A DNA stretch of 63,958 bases, counting the filler, from Bigelowiella natans CCMP2755 (taxonomy: Eukaryota; Protista; Cercozoa): the NCBI GenBank assembly GCA_000320545.1. It is 7 parts of 7 records of this genome, joined end to end, with 100 filler letters (N's around TTAATTAATTAA, not from the genome) between each part and the next. Parts side by side here need not be neighbours in the genome. Positions count along the whole stretch, not along the records: positions 21,539 to 49,607 come from ADNK01002536.1; 6 more parts are not named here. The stretch is one strand, 5' to 3'. Below, in pieces: positions 24,453 through 37,714 of this stretch. Positions within the stretch are counted from its first letter, which is position 1. Each line of letters starts with the position of its first letter. The notes under the pieces were generated by a model. That model ran no database searches, was not told where the DNA came from, and saw only the letters and a program-made list of their open reading frames with translations. Position numbers and translations under genes: made by a program.

Positions 24453-24611
24453 AAAATCCGGTCTTCACTTCCCATTGTGCCAGCTATAAGATACTATTCC
24501 CCTCCCCCCTCTCCCCTCGTGCTACCTGATCGAAGGAGGCAAAAGAAACTCGACTATCAGAAAATTACTTGGCTTTTTATCCCTGCGACAACTATTTTTC
24601 GACAATGTAGC

Positions 24612-24995
24612 ATGGTACGAGTCTATCGTCCTCTCAAGAACGCAAAGCAAAACTGCCATTTTCGCCTGTGCCCACGGAAGATTCTTTCGTGCGACAATTC
24701 ATTTCTAATGTTTTCAGAAGGCAAGGAGGAGTTTTTGGCCATACATAAACTGCGTCAACATCAATTATGTTGTCGCATGATGAAAAAACCATCAGTTTTG
24801 CTGGTGTGACAGTTTCGGCAGCCTCCTCCTCCTCCTCCACCACCACCTCCTCCTCCCCTTCTATTTGGAAATATTACTCTCTCTGGAGGTAACACTATGT
24901 TAACCGGATTTGCAGAGCGCGTGTCAAAGGAAATTGAAGCTTTAAATCCTCCATCTACGAAAATAAAGGCCGCTAACATTGCTAAAGCTGCATGA
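24612..24995 (+). pseudogene. Degenerate actin / actin-related fragment
   Basis: [36 protein letters not shown] (24861-24968) aligns to actin [36 protein letters not shown]. Upstream FRLCPRKIL...SFL...GKEEFLAIHK resembles FRCPExLFQPSFLGKESAGIHE but lies in another frame. Early stop. Confidence 0.7.
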
Positions 24996-25626
24996 ACCTG
25001 TCTTCTTTGTTGTGCCAGGTGCATCAAGACAAAGACATTCAATGCCAGCTTTAGTTAGCCAAGACGGGCGTGAATCGATCCCAATGTATGCATATGTAAG
25101 CTCAGTTCTGTTCCATGACATGAACACATTGTGCGCGTGCAAAAACGTAATTATCGTGCCACTGCTGGACACAGAAGTGTGTGCATTGTGCGCATCATGC
25201 ATGATGTGATCAATGAACATGCACGCCACAGTCTATAAGTGTGTGGCCTGCTAGTTTAGTACACAACCGTAGTGCAAATGCAATCATTTTCAGAATTAAT
25301 TGTCATTGTTGCATTCACATTCAAGCCGCGTGTCGTTCGTCGGCGATCAACGATGCCGCCGCGCTGCGACACACACGTTCCCCTAGCAGACCACCGTGAA
25401 AGCCTCTTGCTGCGATGCAGTATGCATATATATGATTGATCATCTAGTAGCCTTGTGTGCTTGTCATGCTAGCGTCATGCTAGTAGCTCTAGAGCTAGCA
25501 TGATCGACGCATCTGCTAAGCATGCTCTCTAGCTCTGCTAGCTAGCTAGCTGCTAGGTGCTGCTAGCGCTAGCATGCTCTAGTCATCCTAGCACAAACAC
25601 ACACACACACACACACACAGAGAGAG

Positions 25627-25676
<50 letters not shown>

Positions 25677-26004
25677 GCCATGAGCTTTCTAGCTTTGATC
25701 ACATGATGGAACCACGTTTGGTTTTTGGTCCCCGCTGCAGATATCTAGATATGTGCCACCATCCTAGCGTGCGTTAGATGCATTGCATACGTGCATGAAT
25801 GTTGGAACATGCGTCAGAGATGCACTACATGCCCACTCTAACACTGCAAACATGGCCACACGTCCATGCAATAAACACTCATCATGTGCACATAAGCACA
25901 AACGAACAGCACCAGTCAGCTATTGCTGGTTAACAAGGCTGAAGCCTATTCTTGCATTCATCACCTCTCAACACCGTTGTCATTAACCAACAGCCGCTGC
26001 TAGT

Positions 26005-26345
26005 CTAGTTTACGTAGATTTGTCTGAATATGAAGGCTATATAGCACACCCCGAGGAAAAGTGCAAGAACGTCATCGATGTACCCGAAAGTGCCGAAAAA
26101 GCTCTAACATATCGGAAGGCAGAACAACATAAAAACATAACTAAAGATTTTCTCAAGAGTGTATAGGTATGGACGGAGTCAAAGCTCATTGGAATGCAGC
26201 GCGAGCAAGCTCTATGTAATGTGATGATGACAGGGATATCGATCACCTCCGGGATAATGTCCAGAGGCGAAAGGACGTAGAGAACAGCACCCACGAGGAC
26301 AAAGATCTGCCTCTGACAAAGACACATAAATATATGTAACATTTA

Positions 26346-26423
<78 letters not shown>

Positions 26424-26681
26424 TTATTTATATTGATGATCTACATAAATTGTGCGTTCTCTTCCCCTCTCCCCCCTTCCATTTCTCACGCATCCGTCAC
26501 AGAGGTGCAACAACCACGTGCTCATAGTATTACGCACCCCTCTAACTAGCCATAATATCCCGCTTCCATCCGTAACTCTGCATAAAGAATAATAAACATT
26601 ATCGAGCGCCAGTTATCACCACAATGGATTAAGCACATACACACAGACGCGCGCGCGCGCGCGCACACACACACACACACA

Positions 26682-26725
<44 letters not shown>

Positions 26726-26759
26726 GCGCGCGCGCGCGCGCACACACACACAGACAGAC

Positions 26760-26807
<48 letters not shown>

Positions 26808-27426
26808 TGTTTATTGCAACTACCTATTAAACAAGTGCCTCAACAGCATTGGGGTGTCGTATATATGCTCTAAAAAACTGCGTGGAACACCCGAGTACTT
26901 TTGCATCAATGAAACACAGCAGGAAGAGGATATAACATTAGGTTCGCTCCGGTGTTATGCTGTCTGTAAAATGCGCGCGCATGTGTAAGAAGACGATTCG
27001 CCACAGTCCCACTTCCTCATTGGAACAGCAACCACGAAGACATGCCAATCTCTGGCTAAAAGCAGCTGTTAGTGCGCGACGATATTAATACCCTTCTGTT
27101 GTATGCGCTTGCGTGCTCGGTGCCATCGTCGCTGGGATCTATAGGCAGCAAAATGCTGACCTTTATTGCATGATTCGGAGAGAAGAAGCGAGTTATCATT
27201 TCATATCGAGCGGAGAGTGTAGGCAACATCAGATGTTGGGCTGCATTTTGCTGTTATCGAGTGGTGTATGAGGGGCTACTACTACCATCTACCATTGTTC
27301 GGCAGCATGGGCAAGGAATCTGACAGTTACGATGCTGCCAATATCTGAGAAGAGTAGAACATATATATTTACTCTTGTGTGTGAGAATGTGTGTGAGTGT
27401 GTGTGTTGCGTGTGTGTGTGTGTGTG

Positions 27427-27468
<42 letters not shown>

Positions 27469-27526
27469 TGCATGGATATCTTAACTGAACGCACAAGCGT
27501 ACACGTCAACTAAAACACACACAAGT

Positions 27527-27566
<40 letters not shown>

Positions 27567-28153
27567 TCATTTTCAACAACGCCTCTAATCGCCGCTCTCC
27601 GCAACACCACCACCCACCCAGTGATACAATCAGAGCAATACGTATGGCCACAATTCGTCTCGACCTGAAACATAGAAGAAACAAGTGAATTGCCCAGTTT
27701 GTCAAATATATCACGATAACAATGATAGTAATAATAATAGTAGTAGTAGTAGTAATAATAATAATAATAGTAATAATTATAGAAAAGACGCCAAAACACT
27801 GCAATCTTACTCGGGGACGGCATCTTTTACCTCGAAGAACATGCCCCGAAGTGCAAGTAAGATAGTGACGGTGTATATTATATAAATATACACGTTGAAT
27901 GTATTTTACGCAGCACTTCCATTTCTCGGATTTGAATTCCCCCATCACGTATCATTAAGTAATATCTTAACACTACCGGCCTCTGGGCTGCATCGAGGCA
28001 TATAGAGCAAAATATCTCCTCCTTTTTTTCATCGAAGAACGCATCTTCCCTGTTAAGCTTTTCTTCCCGTCCTAGAAATACGACGGAGCAGCTATTGAGT
28101 TGTGGAACACGCACACACACACCCTCTCTCTCTAATCCTTCCCCAACCACCTC

Positions 28154-28193
<40 letters not shown>

Positions 28194-28308
28194 TCTAAAA
28201 TGCTATCGCTAACTGACTCGCAGTAACGTAGGTGCTGGTTTTCTGTGGTCGGTTAATGCACACCTTTCCCCTCTGATAGCTTCTCCTCACGTTTGAAGTC
28301 CTCGACAT
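26005..28308 (-). CDS. RNF170: RNF170-like RING E3 ubiquitin ligase with C-terminal DUF1232 membrane region; start approximate
   Basis: CSICLDAAQRPV|VETNCGHTYCSDCI..|YWQHRNCQIPCPCCRT|...AYNRR|YSGVPRSFLEHIYDTPMLLRHLF|...LYVLSPLDIIPE|SFFGTFGYIDD is the RNF170 motif series. Confidence 0.88.
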
Positions 28309-28929
28309 ACTTCAGGAGGTTTGAAAGAGATTAAAATGAGCTTATTTGGTTTTTAATTGTGGAAAAATAAAGTTGCAGATGCGAAAGAAGAGGGGGGGGG
28401 GGGGGGGAGGGAGCAAAATGTGGACAATTTGATGTGTGTCCGGACAAATGGACGATAAGATAGCTGATAGTCTCAATTTCAAAAACACTTCTTGAAAAAT
28501 CAATTTTTTGGGTGATATTTCATTTGTGACTACATTTTCCTCCTCGACGTGAATTGAAGCTGATCGTCTCCTTCTATTAACGGGGCAAAACACATGACAC
28601 GTCATCATAATCTCAGAGTAGAAGATGAAATAATGCCCAGTGTTTAACATGAAGTCACGTACTTGAGCAACCACTCGAACGTGACCAGCCCTATGCTGAA
28701 CACCAAAATAAGGCCTAAAGGTATTGGACAAAATTCATGGTTCACTCAAAAAACCTTTAAAATATAAACGAGTACACGCGTGCCAATAAAGTAGCAAAGG
28801 CTTGCACACGTCTAGATGTTTACAAAAAAAGAGAGAAGGAATAATGAAGACGTATATATCACACATGTTTCCATTCAACAAGCCCTTTCCGAGGGACTAT
28901 TCTTCATGTGCCACCCCGTAATAGCTATA

Positions 28930-30872
28930 ATATAGAGTCTAGAGGAGTCATCTATCAGCACCTCCAGCAAGGATGACTTCCTCCCCGAATCCTGTTGTTA
29001 TCCACATTGTTTCAATGAATGTGAGTCATCATCCCGAATAAGCTCAACAGAATTTTGAGGTATGGACCTTCCATGGCTCCCGATTCTGCCACGGGTGCGA
29101 TTTCGGAAGCACAAGGGGAGGGGAAAGACAAAAGGATAGAATTTCAGAATTTCCAGATTGTGTCGCAGGTAAATAATCCCCTCATTTTCACCATTTTTAA
29201 TGGATGGCTCTGTGTTTCGTATTGAAGAGCGAAATAAGGATTTTAATGGTCTCCTGACAAATCAAATGGCAATTACATGCGAAATGAATGTATGCCGTTT
29301 ATTCGATAAAACTCTTTCTTACGAAGTCGTCGGCAAGAACTCCTCGCTTCAAATCGTATCCGGTCTTTTTTTCAAACAAAAAGGACCGGTGCATTCTTCA
29401 TTTTTGATTTGCGACAAGCAGTCTAATACTTATTGTCACCAAAACAGGTCAATCTGCTCGAAGGGCGAAGGGCACTAAAAGTTGGCTGTTGGAAGTTTGT
29501 AGCTCCATACTCTATCGATACCAGGAGAATCGAACGGCAGATTCGTACCTAAAAGACAGAAAAACAGGGGGATTTGATCACTGCGACAAAGCAACGTTTC
29601 CTTTCCAGTAGTCTGTAAGCTCCTGACCATTCTTTTCGTGCACGGTCAACTTATAAGATCAGGAGGAAGACAGCTCCTAGGACCTGGAGTGGTATTTTGT
29701 ACAGATTTTGGTAATCTTTCCTGTCGAAGAGAAAAATACACACAATTTTACTTCGTAAAAATATTTTTACATTTTTTTTGAAATCTGACAAACGTAACCA
29801 CTGGTGTGTGCTCTACCTGCAGCTACGAGGGCCTGCACATTTTAACTCTTTTGACAAAGGTGTGGGTGGGGACAATTCGAGTGAATACGGCACCGTCGGG
29901 CTCCTGCTTTCCTCCTCAATCTGCGCTCGAAAGGCTTTTACTGGTGAAGAGGATATGCTCAACAGCACTTTTGCCTTAGGACTCGTTTGGGTGGCTCTCT
30001 GCACAACCTTGGTATAGTAGAAAGGCCATCTTCCTTTCGATATCGATATGAGTGATACGGCCTCATATCCACCCACTGTTTGTATGGTTAGGTGTTGTCT
30101 CGGCATGAGGATATTAAGGTCTTTATCTCCTTCCTCATCGCAATATCGGTTCGGATAACGGCCTGGGGGCTGCTGTCTCTTTCATCCTGTTTTCGAAACA
30201 AATTCAAGTCCAAAACACCCGAGACACAGACAGACAATCAGATCTTAGAATGCTCTTTAGTTGGGGCATTCTACGCGACAATTCTTTCTTCCCTGGCCTT
30301 GCTTCTCTGCGTTGGCGAGATGGGGATTGTGAATCTAGAGGAGGAGGTGGGTGATGCTACTTGATGCAACACAGTTTTTAGTACAAACGATGGGCATTAA
30401 AACGATAAACTGTCCCCCCTCTACATAGTAACCATTCTTGGGTGGTACAGAAAATCAAACTGAATTTTACTTTGAAAACCGTGCCATAAATGCATCGTCT
30501 TTTTCCATCTCAGAGCGAGTTTGGCACATTGGTGAAAATGGCGGAGCACTGGCTTCTTATATGTTCAACAGGATATCTTTGTATGTATCTCTTCGATCAG
30601 GTAAACTGTTGCTATTAGATAACACGGGTTAACAATATCCTCACCACCACCACCACCACCACCAAACCATCATCATCATCATCATGCTAGGAAAGTCATC
30701 TAGTGAGCACGCAAAATATTGTAAGACTCCCCTCCTCTGCTAATCGATATTCAGCTTATGAACGGCCTTGTAGTCGATTCCCTTGCCAGAATGCATGTGG
30801 TTGATAGCGGCATCTTGCTGTCAACGCTTACCGCTCAGTTTCATAGGGTATTCGTCACGTACCACAATACGG

Positions 30873-30908
<36 letters not shown>

Positions 30909-31099
30909 GTACATGTATATTATATGAGATCGAATCCTGACTCTGGCTCGATGTTGCTTACTGCTAACACTTTCCCTTTGCAAAACGGCGTCCCAATTCG
31001 TTCCTTCCGCTTCTTCTTTTTTGCATTTGGAGTGCGATGAGTTTGTTCTTTGCGCGCCGTTTCAGCTTCATTAATGTGTGCTTGTTCTGGGACACGCAT
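28930..31099 (-). CDS. Possible hypothetical Ser/Pro-rich multi-exon protein
   Basis: Several short minus-strand open segments with splice-like borders (e.g. VVQRATQTSPKAKVLLSISSSPVKAF...). No domain recognised and the structure is unresolved. Confidence 0.25.
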
Positions 31100-31408
31100 G
31101 GGTGTTGTTTTTGTTGTTTCTCTTCGTCGCTACGTCGCCGGTTGGTACTCCCTCAGGACTTCCGCATCCCCCTAGCACCGTTGCTCTATTCGACGTTCTT
31201 TCACCATCTCTTCCTTCACATAAGAAACATCCGAAATCTCCTCTCCCCGTCACCCTCGTTACGTAATGCAGAGGAGCAGCGGATCAACACACGGATCTCG
31301 CTGCTGCTGTTCAAGGGAATACCGAGAATGATGCTGCTAGTACAGTTTGGCATTGCGTCATTGAGCTTTGTATTGGGAGAAAAGCACCGTCTGTTTCGAG
31401 AATCGAGA

Positions 31409-31678
31409 ATGAACACCGTGGAGGTGATTGGAACTATGGCTTCGCTCGTCCTGCTCAACGCAGCAGCGGTTGGTATCTAATCTCTTCGTCGCCGCTTGTC
31501 TGTGCTGTTTTGTGTTCCCCTGATATACTCGAACTGCGGTGCTGTTTGCTGGATAAAAGAGAAGCAAGAGGGGAGTCTAAACCTGTGCTGCTTTGTGTGA
31601 TTATTAGGTTATGTCGCTAGCAGCTGTATCAAACTCCTCGATCCCATCATCTTCATCTTCGTTATTATCATCCTCTCT

Positions 31679-31709
<31 letters not shown>

Positions 31710-32930
31710 CCGTTCTCTTCCCCCTCCTCCTCCTCTTCCTCGCAAACACCACCGCTTCCCCCCCGAAAAAGCAGTGCTCTATCCTCGAAGCATGCACGCC
31801 AACACCGCCAGGACCAACTATGGGAGGTGGGGGGGAAGCTCTATGACTTCTCCGAATTCGTAGAGCGACACCCTGGGGGAATGGCCTCTATCCTGCTGGG
31901 CAAAGGTGAAAGCACGATTTGGCTATGGGCTAGTGGCGGCGGGGCGGGTGGGGAAGTATGTAGAGCTTAAAGACGATGCTTCTTCTTCTACCAAAACGAT
32001 TATTAGCTATGCCTATTGTGGTATATCAGAACCATTGGGGAGGGAGAGAAAGTATGCACGCTCATACACATGCACAGACGCAATTGCTATCTCTCTCTCT
32101 CTCTCCCCCTTTCCCCCCTCTCTCTTTTACGCTGCTATTTCTTCTCCGCGACGGTTGCATAAACGCAGGCAGGGACGCGACAGCGCTCTTTCTCTCGTAC
32201 CACCCCTTCACTACACGCCATCGAGCGATCCTCAAAAGTAAGCACTTGGGAACGTGAGAAAAGAAGCTAAATCAACAAAATACTCGTAAAGTGAGCAGCG
32301 CCCAAATACAACGACGAGGAGCGTTCGCTTTAGAATTGCGTGCGTGTGCACGTGTGCGCGGCGTGTTTAATACGATACGCGTATTCAAATTGCCGCTCTC
32401 CACCAAAGCACCAATCTTCAATTCTACTCCTCCTCTCTCTCTCTCTCTCTCTCTCCCTCCCTCTCTCTTACTACATCCCCCCCCCTCGTCGCACAACAGA
32501 GTACCTAGTCTCCTCGACCAAAGCTGAGAAGGGCAAGAAACATTCACAGAGCAGCACCTCTCCCCCCTCCCCCCCCTGGGCGGGGGAAACCTACCCTGCA
32601 GAGGGAGACGAATTCTACCAAACGCTATGCAAAAGAGCGCGAAAGGTGGCCAATGTACACGCACGCAGCAACCATTCTCATATCACCCGTTGGACGGAGA
32701 GAATAGAGACGAGACGCCTACATCCTCACTTCCCCCCTCCACCTCGTGTACCCTCTCCCGTGCAACAACTCAGAGCTCCAGCCTACCGTCGTGTCCTTGT
32801 GCTATAAACACACACACACACACACACATAAACACACATATTTGTATATATTTATCTATATATTTTTATGTGTATATAATTATAAAAATAACATTACTAA
32901 ACATATTTACTTCACCAATATATGAAAATA

Positions 32931-32965
<35 letters not shown>

Positions 32966-33829
32966 GTATATAAAGTCATCTTCTGCTCACAGGCCATCAA
33001 GCCCTTAAACATCGATTTGACGGTCGCATCGCCTTCGAGGTGGCTATACTACGGCGGTGTATTCTCGTCTCTTGTGTACTTCTACTCGCACTACTACCGG
33101 GGTACCTCCCCCCTGCACACGTTCGGCTTCGCCCTCTCCTCGTGGCTGATGGGGGCCATGGGGCATGATGCAAGTCACTTCGCCGTATCACACACGCCCT
33201 GGGTAGAGTAGTTAGAGTGCTGCTGCTGCTGCTGCTGCTGCTACTCTTGATGATGATGATGATGATGATGATTTTGAGGCCCTTTTGTGCACGTTTCCCC
33301 CTGTTCATTTCTCTTTAGAATTTTGAATCCTCGTTCGAGTCTCTCCCCCCACGTTTTTCCTGCTTCTCTCTGCATCCGTGTCGGCGTTTTCCTGGGCAGC
33401 CGCGCGGGGGTTCTTTTGTGCGTGCGAGTGCCATCGTGTGCTGTTGCGCGTGCTCATACACTGCTAATTGTAAACTGTTAGAATGCAAATCTCAAAAAAG
33501 CTTAGATCTCATCACCCCCCCTTTACCCCCCCGCCTTCCCCCTTCCTCTATTCTCTCCTATGCCTTCATCTAGATCAACTACGCTTGCTTGGGGGGCATG
33601 GCCCTCCTTTGTTCTCCGGTGTTATGGCTGAATCAGCACACCTTCGCGCATCATTCGTTTACCAACGATTTCGATAAAGACCCCGACGTCCACCATTTTC
33701 CGTTCATCCGCACACATCCTGCTGTTCCAAAGAATGGCTCAAGTCTCTTTTATCTACAGGTGACGATTTCCCCTTGCCCCTTCAACAGTGACTCTCACCT
33801 CCCTCCACCTCCCCCCTCTCTCTGTCTCT

Positions 33830-33893
<64 letters not shown>

Positions 33894-35484
33894 GTATATA
33901 ATATTTGTTTATTTTTTGCCGCTTTATAAAGAAGATTTCACTCTGAAGAAGAAGAAGAAGAGAAGGACAACAATGAGTGTCCATGAACTGAATATATCGT
34001 CTTTTGCTATTTCTAAAGGCAGCTATGGGAAAGAAAGGGGGAGAGGGGGGAGGGGGGGGGGCAACCGTTGTAATAAATTATCTTCTTTATTTTCGTTATC
34101 ACCCAATCGTCGAGGTCATCGCTTGCATGCTCAGAATTGCTGTGTTTACTACCACTGCCTCTGCTACTACTACAACGACACAGGTATATCGGCTATATGT
34201 GTGGGGATGGTACTTCTTCATCGCCTTCGGGGAGTGCGTATGGGTGAGCGACACTCGAGCATACACAAGTTCTCGTACACATATTATACTTTTAAATATA
34301 CGCGCGCGTGTGTGTGTGTGTTTTAATCAACCGGCCGCGCCGCATTATTCAAAAGAAACGACAAAATTTGATCGATTCATTAATAATATACATATAATAT
34401 ATAATATAAATCCTCGCTCAGCTTCCGATACGCTCGATGGCGTCGGAGTCTCTCTATGGGCTGCTAAGATTCCCCGGAGAGGCTTTTGGGCGAACCTCTT
34501 GGTTTATCTCGCTCCTCCACCTCACGTGCTTCTATTCCTTCATCATCCGCTCGCCGTTTATGACTCTCCCCCCCCTCACTGCCGCCGCGCATGTCGTGGG
34601 GTACATCGCCATGTGCGGTCTATTCTTCGGATTTTGCAGCCAGGTGAACCACTTCAATGCGGAGAGTGTTCTCTCGGAGAGAGAAGGGGGGGGGGGCAGC
34701 GCCTGCAGTGCCAAGCCTATCAACAAGACTACAAAACACTCTCGAAAAAAATCGCCAAAATGCCGAATACGCAACAAGCATAAGAAAGAGGAGAAGTCAC
34801 CAGAAGAGGCGGGAGAGAAGGAGCGCGAGAAGGAGGCGCGGGGGGGAGGGGGCCGCAATGGAATACAACAACCCAAAAGCTGGGCGGCTGAGCAGGTTAT
34901 CACCAGTAACAACTTCTGCAATGACTCGGTGTTTTGGACCATCCTTGCCAACGGCCTCAATTTCCAGGTTGATTGTAGAAGCTCGTGTAGTAAGGCTCAT
35001 TTAGTACAGCATTAAACTTGTCCTCTCCTTCCCTCTCCCCCTCTCCTGCCCCCGTTCTCTGTTTCAAATGTACCCAATTGGCTATCGCCTCTGCTGTTTG
35101 TGGTGTTGATCGCCCTCCTCCTCAGATCGAACACCACTTATTCCCGGGAGTCAATCACGAGTACTTGCCGCTCCTACGACCGGTAAAAAGCCGCAATTCA
35201 CGCCAAAACTCTCCCAATGATCCATATACACTATTGCTGTTTAGCATGTCTACGATATTCGGTTGTTGTAACATCAATCTATTTTTGGCCCTCTTTGAGA
35301 TCTATCCCTAGTGTGTTCCTAGCTCCTCTATTCGTAGTATATCTCTAAATCTTCTGTGTTGCTTACGTAGATTGTTCAGCAAACCTGTGCAGAGTTTGGG
35401 GTGCAATACAAGTCGTTCGACTCAATGGCCGAGATCACAAGCGCAACATTGAGATATTACCGGGGACTGGCACCGCAGCAGTAG
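31409..35484 (+). CDS. Cytochrome b5-fused front-end fatty acid desaturase (delta-5/6-like), about 10 exons
   Basis: YDFSEFVERHPGG (b5 heme motif), GRDATALFLSYHP, His boxes HDASH, QHTFAHHSFTN and QIEHHLFP. Terminal exon IVQQTCAEFGVQYKSF...TAG at 35484. Confidence 0.95.
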
Positions 35485-35779
35485 TAGTCGATTGTTGGCT
35501 TTGATATATGCGTGTCATAGAATCGACAACACGCGATTTTCACAGTACCGACTTGCTGCAAACGTTCATTGTCTCTCTTTGTGTGTGAGTGTGCGCGTGT
35601 GCGTGTTTGCGTGTGTAGATCGCAACGCATGCATGGTGACGACAAAGAATCTAGCTAAAGGGTGCTGAGATAGGATCACATCCCACATTTTATTTGCTTG
35701 CTGTTAGTTGTTCGCGGTGGCCAAAATTGCCAAGATGCGCAACATGTAATTTTGTCTACTGACGGCCTACTGCTGAAAT

Positions 35780-36680
35780 GAATTGCTAGAATGACATGGC
35801 AGAAATCACATGCACATCACATGCTAGCATGTCTTTCGTGAAAACAACATTTGTCGAAAATGACATGGCAAAAATCCACAGCAGAGCATCGCGCCATTGC
35901 CCATGTCGCAGAATTTCTCGTCACCATGGAATTGAGTCTCCGTTTTCTCTCGTTCCAGAACACCTGGAAGGACAACCAGGCACTGGCCGAGCTCCGATTG
36001 CAGCTGGCTAGCTGCTAGGCTGGTGGAAGCCATCAACGTTTCCATGTTCCACAACCTTCAGACTTTCCCATTGGATTTTGCACAGGATTGGTGGGCAAAA
36101 TCGTTGACGCCGTCTTTGCCTCCACGCGAACTTCCCTCTGGGAGAACAAAAAGTAGAACGTGCCCTTCCAAATCCGAATGTCTCTCTTTGGCCGCCATTC
36201 ACACTGCCCCGATTCAAGCAGTTCCAACAGAATGTCTCAGGGAAAATGTCATTTGAGTGTGATGCAGAATTTTCTCGGATGTGAACAGCGAACACATGCT
36301 TTCCAGGTTGCGCCAACTAGGCTCGTGGTGGGCATCGAATTTGAATTCACAATCTTGGAAGTTTTTTTTTGTGTGAAGCATTCGTGCCCCTTGTGCCATC
36401 CATGTCAGCAAAATGCATTGCGGCTGGCCAATCGTTGCAACAATCTGCGCATTCGTGGTTCTTTGTTGCCTTTTTTGCTACCGCTGAAACCTTGCACACC
36501 TGAGCGCGCAATTTCCAGATCTGGGTGGATGGCAATGTTGGAATGTGCATGCTGCGATCTGGACAATTGACTACATTGTTAGACTCACGTGAATGGCTAC
36601 AATCATGGTACTGCGATGCAGTCACCTTGTCACGTTGCGAAAGAGTAACGTGTGAAAACAATGATGTGCATCTCCTCATC
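35780..36680 (-). pseudogene. TpA-depleted decayed coding / repeat relic of unknown origin
   Basis: Broken reading frames rich in Cys/His and almost free of Tyr (e.g. NHECADCCNDWP). Only 2 TA dinucleotides counted in 36061-36420. Confidence 0.5.
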
Positions 36681-36710
36681 TAAGAATGGATGAAGTATCA
36701 ACAGCAGGAT

Positions 36711-36744
<34 letters not shown>

Positions 36745-37714
36745 CAAGAAACTTCGTAAAGAGCAAGCGGAGAATTAAAAGGCAATTAAATTTTCCACAC
36801 AGACTCACATAAATTCTACTCGATGTTTGAGCTGTTGTTGATCTTGAGCATCATCGTGCTTGTACTTGTTTCTTCCCCTCCTGTTAATTTGCCACTCTTC
36901 CCACAATTAGAAATCTCAGAGAATCGCAGCGTAGTTGGGGCAGCTTGAAGATGAAGCTGGGAAGGTATTTTATCTTGCTGTATGCAATCATTAAAAATGC
37001 CACTAGCATAACATCTATTAAGATATGCATCATTGTGTGTGTGTGTGTGTGTGTGTGTGTGAGTGGCGCTTTGGCCGCCGCGTCTTCGAGCGACTTTCTC
37101 CTCTTCACAGAGTTTCGTCGAGCGATCTTCATGTCATAGCCCTTTTTGGATGTGAATTGATCATCAACATTTGGGACATGAGCGTTTTGCTGGCTTCTTG
37201 GACATGATTTCGGAACAATCCTTCACGGCGGCAGCATCCGTCATTTAAATGTTAACAACAGAAAAAAACATAAAGACAAAATCGGAAGCGTCCGTGACGC
37301 AGGGCAAACGGGAGGGGGGAGGAGAGGGGGGGGGATGCAACACGAAAAAGAGCAGCATTGAGCAAAAAGTACTTCCGCTACTTTTCCCATCATAATAGAC
37401 ACAGTAATATGATGTATAATATATATATCGTATTACATGTCTATAACGTGGCCCAAAAATAGAGCCATACTTATAAGACACAGTGATGTGATATGTAATA
37501 TATATATATCGTATTACATGTCTATAATCATCCATCACCGCATGTTATCAGTAGGCTTGTGCTTTTCCTTTGCCATAGAATGCCGCGTGCATCTCGTGAC
37601 TCTCGTTTGTACTAAATAAATATCCATCTGGTAACAAAAAGATAGACGAACATTTATTGAAAAATAAAAATATATTAATAAATAGAAAAATAAGAAAATT
37701 TAACGAAACTAATT

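Noticed and set aside
35780-36680. CpG methylation decay or classical RIP as the cause of CA/TG richness
   Set aside because: CpG is retained and TpA is depleted, the opposite of both expectations.
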